A stretch of 64,000 nt of DNA from Myxococcota bacterium (GTDB taxonomy: Bacteria > Myxococcota_A > Polyangia > Nannocystales > Nannocystaceae), in the NCBI GenBank assembly GCA_039194325.1, contig JBCCWC010000004.1, forward strand, positions 96,001 through 160,000. Direction: 5' to 3'. Below are positions 1 through 9,641 of the stretch, one piece after another. Position 1 is the stretch's first letter. Every line of letters starts with the position of its first letter. Both the position numbers and the translations under genes were made by a program. The notes under the pieces were generated by a model that saw nothing but the letters and a program-made list of their open reading frames with translations, made no database searches and was not told where the DNA came from.

Positions 1-1161
1 GACGCGGCGCTCCGGCACGTCACTTGGGTACTGTCGCGGCTCCCGATGGATCTGTGCGCGCAGCGGCTCGCCGAGCAGCTCAAGTGCGCGCTGGGCCAGC
101 CGGGCTGGTCCGAGGAGGACGAGGCGGATCTCCAGCAGCGCTTTTGTATCGCGCCCTTCGAGCGGATGGAGACCCGGCCCGACGGGCAGGTGAAATTCTG
201 CTGCAACAGCTGGCTCGACGTCTCCATCGGCAACATCCACGAGGATCCGCCGGAGGCGATCTGGAACTCGACCGCGGCGCAGAAGGTCCGGGCGTCGATC
301 CTCGACGGCCGCTACACCTACTGCAGCCGGACACGGTGCCCCCGGATCCTCAACAAGACGCTGCCGCGCCGCGACGAGATCACCTCGGGCTTCTCGGCCG
401 AGGTGCTCGCCGAGCGACCCACCGTCTTATCCTCGAAGCCGCGGGACCTCAAGCTCAACCATGATCGCTCCTGCAACCTCTCGTGCCCGTCGTGCCGGCG
501 CTCCGTCTACACCGCGGACCGGGCCGAGTACGAGCGGCTCAACGCGGTCGCCGACACGGTCCTGTTTCCCCTGCTCGAAGAGGCCCGGATCGTCGAGATC
601 ACCGGCTCTGGCGATGCCTTCGCCAGCCGCCACTTTCGCTACATCCTCGAGACGATCAACGCCCAAGACTTTCCCCACCTGCGGATCGATCTGTTCACCA
701 ACGGGTTGATGTTCAACGAGGCGAGCTGGACGGAGCTGGGGCTCGAGGGCCTTTGTCGGCGCGCGGTCATCTCGGTGGACTCGACCCGGGAGCATAGCTA
801 CAGCCTGCTGCGCCGAGGAGGGCAGCTGTCGCGCCTGCTCGCGAACCTCCCGTTCATCTCCTCGCTGCGGCGCCGGGGGCAGCTCGAGCGGGTCGTGCTC
901 GTGTTCGTGATCCAGCGGGACAATTTCGAGCAGATCCCGGAGATGATCGAGCTGACCAAGCGCTTCGACTTCGACGAGACCTTCTTGAAGGTGCTCGACC
1001 GCTGGGGGCAGCCGATCTCTGAGTATGCCGACAAGAACGTCGCGTCACCCGATCACCCGCTCCACCCGGAGCTACTCCGCATACTCCGTGACCCGCAGCT
1101 CGACGATCCCGTGGTCAACCTCGGGACGCTGCGGCCAGCTTACGATCGGGCGCGCGCATGA
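1..1161 (+). CDS. Radical SAM protein with N-terminal SPASM/twitch-like domain (probably 5' partial)
   Basis: CNLSCPSC (CxxxCxxC), ITGSGDAF and LFTNGL motifs. Preceded by CIAPF..FCC..IGNI..IWNS..CSRTRC. The frame is open back to base 1 (first ATG at 46). Confidence 0.85.
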   Translation, partial: DAALRHVTWVLSRLPMDLCAQRLAEQLKCALGQPGWSEEDEADLQQRFCIAPFERMETRPDGQVKFCCNSWLDVSIGNIHEDPPEAIWNSTAAQKVRASILDGRYTYCSRTRCPRILNKTLPRRDEITSGFSAEVLAERPTVLSSKPRDLKLNHDRSCNLSCPSCRRSVYTADRAEYERLNAVADTVLFPLLEEARIVEITGSGDAFASRHFRYILETINAQDFPHLRIDLFTNGLMFNEASWTELGLEGLCRRAVISVDSTREHSYSLLRRGGQLSRLLANLPFISSLRRRGQLERVVLVFVIQRDNFEQIPEMIELTKRFDFDETFLKVLDRWGQPISEYADKNVASPDHPLHPELLRILRDPQLDDPVVNLGTLRPAYDRARA

Positions 1162-2249
1162 GGACGCTGTTCGTTCACATCGGCCTGCCCAAGGCGGGGA
1201 GCACGAGCCTCCAGCACTTCTTCATGACCAACCGGGCGCTCTTGGAACGCCAGGGCGTCGCCTACCCAGCGGCGGGCGCCTATCACCATCAGGTGGCCCA
1301 GCATGTGTGGGCGCGGGCTCTCAAGGGACCACGCTACCAGTACTACTGGATCGAGCCCGACGATGCCCGGTACCACGTCGACGCGCTGCAGCAGGAGCTG
1401 CTCGATCACATCGCCGCATCCCCGTGCCCGACCGTGATGCTGTCCGCCGAAGAGCTGTGGCACCCCGCGATCCCGCCCAAGCTCGCCGACGCCTTCGCGG
1501 ACGGCCCATGGACCACCAAGATCTTGATCTATGCTCGCCGCCAGGATCACCTGCTGCTCTCGGCCTACAACCAGTGCGTCAAGACTCTGGATCCTCGCGT
1601 GGTCGATCGGGAACATGTCGAGTCCCTCGAGGTGCTAGTCCGCGACGAGCTGGCGTCGACTCGGCCGTTCTTTGCCCTCTATCCCACGCTTCGTGACTAC
1701 GCGGAGCGCTTCGGTCGCGACAACGTGCTGGTGCGGGTCCTCGAGCGCGAGCAGCTCGTCAACGGCGATCTATTCGACGACGTGCTGTCGGTCCTGGGGC
1801 TGCGTCCCGACGACCGACTCGAGCGGCCGAAGCGGCTGAATGCCTCGCTGCCTCAGCAGCTCATCGACGTCGTCGACCAGCTCAATCGGCGCTCCACGCT
1901 CCCCCGCGGGCCGCAGCTGTCGTTCAACTACCGCCTGCGTCACCTGGCCGAGATGATGCCCCTGCAAGACTACGCGCCGCTCAGCGCCGCGCGGCGCCGA
2001 GAGATCCTCGCGCGCTTCGAGGACGACAACGCCCGCGTGGCCCAAGAGTTCCTCGATCGCTCCGACGGGCGCCTATTTTTCGAGCCCTGGCCCGATCCCA
2101 ACGAGGCATGGGCTCCCCCCCCAGCGCTAACCCCGGAGCTGATGACTCGAGCGGTGGCCCGCCTGTGGGAGGCCGAGGATGCTCGCACTCGGGCGCTGCG
2201 AGAGAAGCTGGCGCAACGGCAGCAGGAGCTCGGCGGATGCGAACGTTGA
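1158..2249 (+). CDS. Sulfotransferase-fold (P-loop-like) protein
   Basis: HIGLPKAGSTSLQ, MLSAEEL and YARRQDHLLLSAYNQ motifs. ATGA overlap with the upstream gene. Confidence 0.75.
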   Translation: MRTLFVHIGLPKAGSTSLQHFFMTNRALLERQGVAYPAAGAYHHQVAQHVWARALKGPRYQYYWIEPDDARYHVDALQQELLDHIAASPCPTVMLSAEELWHPAIPPKLADAFADGPWTTKILIYARRQDHLLLSAYNQCVKTLDPRVVDREHVESLEVLVRDELASTRPFFALYPTLRDYAERFGRDNVLVRVLEREQLVNGDLFDDVLSVLGLRPDDRLERPKRLNASLPQQLIDVVDQLNRRSTLPRGPQLSFNYRLRHLAEMMPLQDYAPLSAARRREILARFEDDNARVAQEFLDRSDGRLFFEPWPDPNEAWAPPPALTPELMTRAVARLWEAEDARTRALREKLAQRQQELGGCER

Positions 2250-3322
2250 CCCTGCACGTGGGGACTCACAAGACCGGCTCGACGTCTTTGCAGGCGTTCC
2301 TGCTCCAGAACAAGGCCCGCTTGGCAGATCGAGGCTACGACTACCCGACCGAGGGCTGCTACTGCTGGCCTCGCAGCGGGCACAGCCCCCTGGCGCACGC
2401 GCTCGCGGGCACGCGGCCGGCCTGGCTCGATCCCGCGAGAGTGATCCCAGGGCGGGTGGAGTGCGTGCAGGCGATCCGTCGCCGGATCGAGCAGGTCGGC
2501 GCTCCACACGTGCTGATCTCCACCGAGCACTTCTTCACCCACGTCCCACCGCAGGTGCTTCGGCAGACCTTCGACGGGCTCGGCTATCACCTCCGCGTGC
2601 TGGTCTTCTTGCGTCCGCAAGACGAGTTCTTGGAGTCGCGCTACGCCCAGTCCGTCAAGGTGGGTCGCTGTCAGCAGTCGTTCGAGTCCTTCGTGCAGGA
2701 GCAGCTCGCGGATCGGACCAGCTACGGCCACTACCTGCCGCCGCTGCGGCGCTTGGCGGCAGCGTTCGGCCCGATGAACCTCCTGTTGCGAACGTTTCGC
2801 TCGCAGCAGCCTCGCACTCGCTTGTTCTCGCGGTTCTTGGAGGCAGTCGGGCTCGACCTCGACGACGACTTCATCCTACCCGAAGCGCGCAATGCTTCAC
2901 TCCCGGCGGAGCTAACCCGAACCCTTGCCGCCCTACAGGCGCAGATCGAGGGAGAGCAGGTGCGGCGTGCTTCCCTCAACCGGTGGCTGCTCGAAGCCAA
3001 TCGGCCACCCGCCTTTCCAGACTCGGAGACCCGGCTGTTGTCCCCCGAAGCAGCCCAGCGGATCATGGCATGTTTTGAGGAGCAAAATGCCGAGATCGCG
3101 CGGTCATTCCTCGGGCGCAAGGAGCTGTTTGCCCCATCGGGGCGCTCGACATGGCCCGTGGCCGCCCCGCCGACCCTCGAGCAATTGGCCGACGCAGCGA
3201 TTCACCTGTGGTTTGGGATGCATCAAGAGCAGCAGCAGCTCCGCGAGCAATTGCGGCGATTGCGGGCGCCCCGGACCAATGACGGGCCCGTGCTCGAGAA
3301 CAATGGGGATCCGGGTGACTGA
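2237..3322 (+). CDS. Sulfotransferase-fold protein, paralog of the upstream gene
   Basis: HVGTHKTGSTSLQ, LISTEHF and FLRPQDEFLESRYAQ motifs. ATG at 2237 overlaps the end of the previous gene. Confidence 0.75.
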   Translation: MRTLTLHVGTHKTGSTSLQAFLLQNKARLADRGYDYPTEGCYCWPRSGHSPLAHALAGTRPAWLDPARVIPGRVECVQAIRRRIEQVGAPHVLISTEHFFTHVPPQVLRQTFDGLGYHLRVLVFLRPQDEFLESRYAQSVKVGRCQQSFESFVQEQLADRTSYGHYLPPLRRLAAAFGPMNLLLRTFRSQQPRTRLFSRFLEAVGLDLDDDFILPEARNASLPAELTRTLAALQAQIEGEQVRRASLNRWLLEANRPPAFPDSETRLLSPEAAQRIMACFEEQNAEIARSFLGRKELFAPSGRSTWPVAAPPTLEQLADAAIHLWFGMHQEQQQLREQLRRLRAPRTNDGPVLENNGDPGD

Positions 3323-4217
3323 GCCCGCAGCAGGCGCTCCGGTGTTGCTGCTGGGAAGCGGGCGCAGCGGGACCACGTGGTTGGCTGATGTGCTCAATTG
3401 CGATCGCACGTTTCGTTTCCTGTTCGAGCCATTCAACGCGCGCAAGGTCGCCATGATGGAACACTTCGTGTTTCACAGCCAATACCTTCGGTCGTCTTGT
3501 GCCGACCTCCGGTATGCACGGCCGATCCACACCATCGTCGCGGGCGCCATTGATCACCCGTGGGTCGTTCGTCGGCACGGGGCCGCGACCTCGTCTCGAT
3601 TGCTCATCAAAGATATCCGGGCCCACCTGTTCGCTCGCTGGATCAAAGATCAATATCCACAGAGTCTCGTGATCTTCTTGCTCCGGCACCCGTGCGCGGT
3701 CGCGGTCTCGCGTACCCAGCTGGGGTGGGGTACCCACCTCGACGAGCTGCTCGGACAGCCTTCGCTGGTCGAGGATCACCTCGGCTCTTGTGTAGATCGT
3801 CTCCGGTCGATCCGCGATCCCTTCGAGCAGCATGTCTGTACCTGGGCGATCGAGAATGCTGTACCTCTGCGTCAGTTTCGGCCCGCGGAGCTGTGTGTGG
3901 TGCACTACGAGCACCTCGTGCGCCGGTTCGATGCCGAGATCGGGCGATTGTTCTCGTACCTCGGTCGCCCGGAGCCTCCCCTCGAAGCAGCGGAGGTCGG
4001 GCGAGCCCCATCGTCCCTCGCGGCGCCGCACAGCGCGATCCTCCAGGGGGAGGACCCGATCGAGCACTGGCGCGGAGGGTGCACTCGTGCGCAGATCGAT
4101 CGCGCGATCGAGATCCTCTCGTGGTTCCAGCTCGATCGGATCTACGGAGCCGACTCGCTCCCCCTCACCCATGCGAGCACTTGGCGCCCCGACACAGGCG
4201 CCGGTCAGAACCGATAG
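3315..4217 (+). CDS. Sulfotransferase family protein
   Basis: LLGSGRSGTTW (5'-PSB), FEPF, LLRHPCAVAVS (3'-PB) and VHYEHL motifs. GTG at 3315 (alternative ATG at 3303). Confidence 0.8.
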   Translation: MTEPAAGAPVLLLGSGRSGTTWLADVLNCDRTFRFLFEPFNARKVAMMEHFVFHSQYLRSSCADLRYARPIHTIVAGAIDHPWVVRRHGAATSSRLLIKDIRAHLFARWIKDQYPQSLVIFLLRHPCAVAVSRTQLGWGTHLDELLGQPSLVEDHLGSCVDRLRSIRDPFEQHVCTWAIENAVPLRQFRPAELCVVHYEHLVRRFDAEIGRLFSYLGRPEPPLEAAEVGRAPSSLAAPHSAILQGEDPIEHWRGGCTRAQIDRAIEILSWFQLDRIYGADSLPLTHASTWRPDTGAGQNR

Positions 4218-4825
4218 CCGAACACCTGGATGTCCTTGCGGTAGAGCCGATATACCCGCTCGGCGAGCGCGTCGGTGTAGAATTCGCGGTAGTGCCCACT
4301 GCGGCCCGCTCCCGACACTTGGGCGCGGTCGGACCGGTTGCGATGCCGATAGCCCGTCATCGGGATGTCGAGGCGGTCGCACAGCTCGGCGTAGTCATCG
4401 TCGAGCCGTTCGAATCGCCCCACGAAGTCGACGAGCGACAGGTCGAGTAAGCAGCACTGAAGCCGGAAGTGTGGATTACAGGTCTTCAGATCCTGCGTCG
4501 CGATCCAGTCCACGAACACGCTGAAGTCCTCCAGACGCTTTCGCGTGGCCTCATCGAGGTCGAACGGCCTCCTCGGGCTTCTCTCGACGATCTTACGCGC
4601 CCAACAGGACACCAGCCGGTCCCACGGATTGCGCACAAAACCAAACTTGAAGTAGTCCGCGTATTGATTGACGGGGAGCAAGACGTCATGGGCGTGGTCG
4701 CAGTCGAGGTGAACATGCTGCTTGAGGTGGTAGTAGATGCTCCTCGTCGCGACCTTGGCGACCCGATACCACAAGAACCTCTTGCCCGAGCAGATGCTGA
4801 CGTGGCCTCGCCATAGCGAAGGCAT
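4205..4825 (-). CDS. Sulfotransferase family 2 (Sulfotransfer_2-like) protein
   Basis: RVAKVATRSI, FKFGFVRNPWDRLVS, HFRLQ, DFVGRFERL and YRKDIQVFGY motifs. Start placed at ATG 4825, because the longer ORF runs into a kinase relic. Confidence 0.8.
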   Translation of the reverse strand: MPSLWRGHVSICSGKRFLWYRVAKVATRSIYYHLKQHVHLDCDHAHDVLLPVNQYADYFKFGFVRNPWDRLVSCWARKIVERSPRRPFDLDEATRKRLEDFSVFVDWIATQDLKTCNPHFRLQCCLLDLSLVDFVGRFERLDDDYAELCDRLDIPMTGYRHRNRSDRAQVSGAGRSGHYREFYTDALAERVYRLYRKDIQVFGYRF

Positions 4826-5039
4826 CGCGGGATCTCGGCGAGCGTCCTGCAGCCGGCGCTGCCCAGCTTCGGACCCGGGTTCTAGGCACTTGGGATGATC
4901 GGGGAGCGTATGCAACACCAGTTGGGGTTCGGCGGCCGTCATCCTCGACCACGACGATACTCCATGCGCCAAGGCGAGCGCCGGAGCGGTCCGCGCATCC
5001 TGTTTCCCCGTCGTTTCGGGCCGTTCCTCGTCCGTGGTG

Positions 5040-5193
5040 ATCACCGCTTGCCTGGCCAGCCCAAAGTCCAGCACTCGAACCCGTCCATCGGCCCCCCCGC
5101 CGTGGAGCCCTCGCCATCCAGCAGCTTGCTCGCCACCTTGCGGTCGAGCTGCTCGTCGTGCGCTGCGAACACCTGACCCATACCACCCCGCCC
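5040..5193 (-). pseudogene. Relic of a Ser/Thr protein kinase gene (internal deletion and frameshift)
   Basis: The minus strand reads GRGGMGQVFAAHDEQLDRKVASKLL, then GADGRVRVLDFGLAR in another frame. The HRD segment is absent. Confidence 0.75.
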
Positions 5194-5466
5194 AGATCTC
5201 ACGACGGATCCCCGTCTAGCTTCGCCAGAGGGGCACCAAAGGAGACCGTATCGGAGTCGAGCTCGTCCATGGCCGAGGGCTGCACCATGAGTACCCCGGC
5301 GACTGATCTGGTTTGTAGAAATTTTGCCTGAAGGCTCGACGGGCGATGGGCCCTGCGCCCCGCGTCAAAGAGAGGATTGCCCCAGCGTATACTCTTCGGA
5401 GGCGGCCCCAGCATGAGCGGCCCTCCGGGCGGGGGCCGTCGGGCGGCACGCCCTCAAGGAGCTTTG

Positions 5467-5850
5467 ATGCCAAGCAAGAGGAAGACCGGCGCCACCGCGT
5501 CCGCACTTCCGGGTCGCGCCGTGCGAGGCTCCAAGAGCGGCCGTCCGATCATGGCGCTGCTCGACTTACTCGGACGACGCTGGACGTTGAGGATCATCTG
5601 GGAGCTCCGCGCCGGGCCGCGGGGATTTCGCGAGCTCCGTGCCTTGTGCGACGGGATGTCGCCGAGCACCTTGAGCACGAGGATCCGAGAGCTCGAGGAC
5701 GCGGGCTTCGTGGACCACACCCCCGACGGCGATCTCACGCTGACCGACGTCGCCCGCAGTGCCGAGCCGCTGATGCTCGCCCTGCTGGAGTGGTCCAACG
5801 AATGGGCCGCCCACATGCGAAAGAAGCGAAAGACGATCGGCCGGAAGTGA
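5467..5850 (+). CDS. HxlR-family winged-helix transcriptional regulator
   Basis: LDLLGRRWTLRIIWEL..GPRGFREL...MSPSTLSTRIRELEDAGFV. Confidence 0.88.
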   Translation: MPSKRKTGATASALPGRAVRGSKSGRPIMALLDLLGRRWTLRIIWELRAGPRGFRELRALCDGMSPSTLSTRIRELEDAGFVDHTPDGDLTLTDVARSAEPLMLALLEWSNEWAAHMRKKRKTIGRK

Positions 5851-5856
5851 AGCGCT

Positions 5857-5893
5857 CGGGATCTACCGACCGGGAGCTACCGACCGGGATCTA
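5857..5893. repeat. 14-bp tandem repeat, about 2.6 copies
   Basis: CGGGATCTACCGAC CGGGAGCTACCGAC CGGGATCTA between convergent genes. Confidence 0.7.
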
Positions 5894-5955
5894 TGATCGG
5901 ATCCCGACCCGCTCGCCCTCGATTCACGCTCGCGTGCAGCGAGCCCTCCGCCGCG

Positions 5956-6681
5956 TCAGCAGCCGTTGTTGACGCACGAGCAGGCGGCGCAGTCGAAGTT
6001 CGAAAGCGTCCCCGCGGGGCCGGAGCAAGTGATGCTGCACGCCTGCGGGCCGCACGTCAGGGTGGTGGCCAGGCAGGCGTTGATCCCCGCACACTCGATC
6101 TCGCAGCCGCTGTCGCCACACTGGATCGTGGTGTTGTTGCAGCTGTTGTTCCCCGAGCAATCGATGAAGCACGGCCAGCCGTCGGGGCAGACCAACCCCG
6201 AGTTGCACTGGTTGTCGCGGCAGGTGATCGTGCAGGTTCCACCCTCGCAACCGCCCGTGCACTCCGGCGGACACGCACCCATCCCCGGCGGAACCGGATC
6301 GCAATTGCCGGCGCCCCCGTCGGAGCTCGAGCCTCCCGAGGTGGAGCCCGAGTCCTCCGAGCCCGCCGAGGTCATCGTCCCCGGCCCGGTGATCGTGGTC
6401 ATCCCGTCGTCGCCGGTGGTCGAAGATGGCGGAGGTGGAGGTGGAGGCGGAGGCGAGGGCGAGCCCGTGTCGTCACCCGAGCTGCCCGAATCGGCCTCCG
6501 TCATCCCTCCTCCGGGCGAACCGGTGGTGCCCTCCGGCTCCGCGAACAGGGCCGCGTCGCCTCCTCCGCCCTGGGAGCATGCACCCAACCCCAACGTTAG
6601 ACCCAAAGCCAGACCCAGCAGCAGCTCCAGCCCGATCCCCCGTCGCCCCCACTCCGTCACCGTTCCGCGTCGTGTAGCCAT
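5956..6681 (-). CDS. Cys-rich putative lipoprotein
   Basis: Hydrophobic signal with LGAC lipobox, Ser/Gly/Pro linker, and C-terminal repeats of the C-x-I-x-C-x-G-x-N-x-C type. Confidence 0.7.
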   Translation of the reverse strand: MATRRGTVTEWGRRGIGLELLLGLALGLTLGLGACSQGGGGDAALFAEPEGTTGSPGGGMTEADSGSSGDDTGSPSPPPPPPPPPSSTTGDDGMTTITGPGTMTSAGSEDSGSTSGGSSSDGGAGNCDPVPPGMGACPPECTGGCEGGTCTITCRDNQCNSGLVCPDGWPCFIDCSGNNSCNNTTIQCGDSGCEIECAGINACLATTLTCGPQACSITCSGPAGTLSNFDCAACSCVNNGC

Positions 6682-7150
6682 CCGCGTTCATCCACCCCCG
6701 AGCGACGATGTCGTCGGCCCGCGCCGCGCCTGCTCGTGCAAGAAGTGCTCCTACGGGTCGAGAGCGCCATGATGCTCCCAGAGTCAACGACCTCGGCGGA
6801 GCCAGGCGGCGGGCCGGCGGAAGGATCACTTCCGATCGATCCACGAAGGATGAACGATGCCTACCGCCGACAAGCGCGATCGAGAAGGTATTGACGGCGA
6901 CCTTGATGGTGTCGTAGCGGCGACGATGGATCGGCATGAATGGTTGGTGAGCCGGTCGCGCTCGCGGTAGTGGCGAACCTACGACGCTCATGATCACGTA
7001 GCGCGGTCACGTCGGGCGATCACCTCGATCGCCATCCGTGGCACTAACGACACACCAATGGCCCACGATGACAAAGCCGATAGAAACAACCTGCCCCGGC
7101 CAGATCCGCATGCTATTCGTTCTTGTCCTTTTCCCCACGGAGCCCCCACC

Positions 7151-8281
7151 GTGCCATTTTCGTTGCTGCTATCGACCGCCCTGGTCCTGTCCTCGCCCAC
7201 TTCGCCCTCGCCAAACACCGCCTCGGCTCCCGACACGAACATCACCGACGACTCCGTCTCGCCCGAAGTCGCCGAGTTGCTCGAGAGCGCCGAGTTGCCC
7301 GCCGAGCTCGATCCCTTCGTCGTGGCACTCCGCGCCGAGCTCGATCCCGAGGCCCGAGCGCACTTCGACGCGCTCGACGAGGCCCAGTTCCAAGAGCTCA
7401 TCGAGAAGATCGGTCGCGAGTCACCGCTAACCGGCGAGGAGCAGGCCATCGCCGACGCCCTCCAGGCGGTGTCGATCCGCGAATTCGACGCTCAGCTGAG
7501 CTACCGCAGCGGCGACATCGAGCTCGCCGACGGGCTGGCCGTCTTGCGGCTGGGCGAGGACTTCCGCTACCTCGGCCCCGACGACACCCACAAGGTCCTC
7601 GTCGACGGGTGGAGCAACCCGCCCGGCCCCAAAACGCTGGGCATGATCGTCCCCTCCACGGTCAGCCCGCTGCACCCCGACCAGGGCTGGGGGGTGGTCA
7701 TCACCTACGCCGCCGACGGCTACGTGGAAGACGACGAGGCCGACGACATCGACTACGACGAGCTGCTCGAGCAGATGCAGGAGGCGACCGAGGCGGACAA
7801 CCACAATCGCCGCAGCCAGGGCTACCCTCCCTTGCACCTGGTGGGCTGGGCCGAGCCCCCGCACTACGACGAGGCCAGCCACCGCCTTTATTGGGCCAAG
7901 GAGCTGTCGTCCGATGGCGCGCCGGCCCACTCGCTCAACTACTCCATCCGGGTCCTCGGCCGCCGCGGGGTCCTCGAGCTCAACGCCGTAGCCGGCATGC
8001 CGCAGCTGCCGGCGATCAAGCCCGAGATGGAGAAGATCTTGTCTCGGGTGGAATTCCTCACCGGCAATCGCTACGAAGACTTCGACCCCGACATCGACGA
8101 GGTGGCCGCCTACGGGATCGGGGGCCTCATCGCCGGCAAGGCGCTGGCCAAGGCGGGGTTCTTCGCGGTCTTGCTCAAGTTCCTCATCGCCGCCAAGAAG
8201 TTCCTGCTGGTCGGCCTGGTCGCGATCGGGGTCGCCATCAAGGGGCTGTTCAGCCGCAAGAAGAACGACCCGACCGCGTGA
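7151..8281 (+). CDS. DUF2167-family membrane-anchored protein
   Basis: GYVEDDEADDIDYDELL, GWAEPPHYD, LYWAK, NYSIRVLGRRG, GNRYEDF, VAAYGIGGLIAG and a C-terminal TM segment. GTG start with GGAG upstream. Confidence 0.85.
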   Translation: MPFSLLLSTALVLSSPTSPSPNTASAPDTNITDDSVSPEVAELLESAELPAELDPFVVALRAELDPEARAHFDALDEAQFQELIEKIGRESPLTGEEQAIADALQAVSIREFDAQLSYRSGDIELADGLAVLRLGEDFRYLGPDDTHKVLVDGWSNPPGPKTLGMIVPSTVSPLHPDQGWGVVITYAADGYVEDDEADDIDYDELLEQMQEATEADNHNRRSQGYPPLHLVGWAEPPHYDEASHRLYWAKELSSDGAPAHSLNYSIRVLGRRGVLELNAVAGMPQLPAIKPEMEKILSRVEFLTGNRYEDFDPDIDEVAAYGIGGLIAGKALAKAGFFAVLLKFLIAAKKFLLVGLVAIGVAIKGLFSRKKNDPTA

Positions 8282-8302
8282 GCCGAGCCTCGCCGACGCG
8301 CC

Positions 8303-9544
8303 TCACGATTCCTCGTCTAGGCTCGACTTGGTGAACCCGCCCGCCGACCCGGCTCGCTCGCTCCGCCCCGCATCGGCCGGGTAGAGCGCCTGGTGGCCGA
8401 ACTTTCGCCGAACCTCGCTGAGTACCCCCTGCAGCCGCGATCCCCGTGCCTCCGGCTCTGCCTCGGCCTCGGCCCTCGTCAGTAGATCGAGCTGCTGCGG
8501 CTCGCTACCGTCCGACAGCTGCCCCACCGCGACCCCGGTCAGCCGAAACCGGCGCCCGGCCAGCTCCACCTCCTCGAGCAGCCGGCACGCCGCCCGGTAG
8601 ATCACCTTGGCTTCGCTCGTGGGCGTGCTTAGCGTGCACTGTCGGGTCTCGGTGCGGAAGTCGGTGTCGCGGATCTTCAGCTGCACCTTGCGCCCCCCGA
8701 TCCCCTTGTGGGTGAGCCGATCCGCCACCCGCGTGGCCTGCGACAGCAGCTTGCGACGGATCGCCACCTCGCCCACCACATCGTCGGTGAACGTGTCCTC
8801 GTGGCTGACCTGCTTGCGCCCGCGCCCCGGCACCACCGCCCGGTCATCCCGGGCGTGCGCCAGCGCGTGCAGGTGCCGGCCGTGCTCGCCGAACCATCGC
8901 TCGAGCGTCTGCTCCGGCTGCTCTCGCAGCTGCCCCACCGTCTCGATCCCGTACTCGCGCAGCCGGGCTTCGGTCTTGGGCCCCACTCCCCACAGCTTGG
9001 CCAGGGGCAGCGGCGCGAGGAAGTCCAGCTCGGTCCCCGGCGGGACCTCGGTGAGCCCGTCGGGCTTGTTCATGGGCGAGGCGATCTTGGCGATGAACTT
9101 CACCGCCGAGATCCCCACCGAGCACGTCAGCCGAGTACGCTCGAACACCGCCGCCCGCAGGGCCTCGGCTGCCTGCCGCGGCGGGCCCCACAGCCGCTCG
9201 GTGCCCGTCATGTCGATGAACGCCTCGTCGATCGACAGCGCCTCGACCACCGGCGAGAACCGCCCGAACTGCTCGAAGGCCTGCTGCGAGGCTTCGTTGT
9301 ACGCATCGAAGCGCGAGGGCAGCACCACCGCGTGTGGACAGCGGCGCAGGGCCACCGCCATGGGCTGGGCCGAGCGGCAGCCGTACTTGCGAGCCTCGTA
9401 GCTGGCGGCCGCCACCACCCCGCGGCGCCCCACCCCGCCCACTAGCACCGGCTTGCCCCGCAGCGACGGGTCGTCGCGGATCTCCACCGACGCAAAGAAG
9501 GCGTCCATGTCCACGTGGAAGATCGTTCGCAGCGCCGAGGGCAT
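8303..9544 (-). CDS. dinB: DNA polymerase IV (Y-family)
   Basis: HVDMDAFFASVE, AASYEARKYG, SIDEAFID, AKIASPMNKPDG and LWGVGPKT motifs. Confidence 0.96.
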   Translation of the reverse strand: MPSALRTIFHVDMDAFFASVEIRDDPSLRGKPVLVGGVGRRGVVAAASYEARKYGCRSAQPMAVALRRCPHAVVLPSRFDAYNEASQQAFEQFGRFSPVVEALSIDEAFIDMTGTERLWGPPRQAAEALRAAVFERTRLTCSVGISAVKFIAKIASPMNKPDGLTEVPPGTELDFLAPLPLAKLWGVGPKTEARLREYGIETVGQLREQPEQTLERWFGEHGRHLHALAHARDDRAVVPGRGRKQVSHEDTFTDDVVGEVAIRRKLLSQATRVADRLTHKGIGGRKVQLKIRDTDFRTETRQCTLSTPTSEAKVIYRAACRLLEEVELAGRRFRLTGVAVGQLSDGSEPQQLDLLTRAEAEAEPEARGSRLQGVLSEVRRKFGHQALYPADAGRSERAGSAGGFTKSSLDEES

Positions 9545-9641
9545 GGCGCGAGAGCCAGCGAGCAATCTAGCACGAAGCCGATCCGACTCGGTCGACTGCT
9601 ATGCTCGCCCGAGGCTCCACCGCCGCCGTCCACCGCCCGTC

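Noticed and set aside
4826..5074. Functional kinase-sulfotransferase fusion
   Set aside because: Only a DFG fragment is in frame, and the catalytic loop and C-lobe are missing.
8303..9544. dinB as part of an imuABC cassette or mobile mutagenesis module
   Set aside because: The catalytic residues are intact as in a normal Pol IV, and no imuA, dnaE2 or mobile genes are adjacent.
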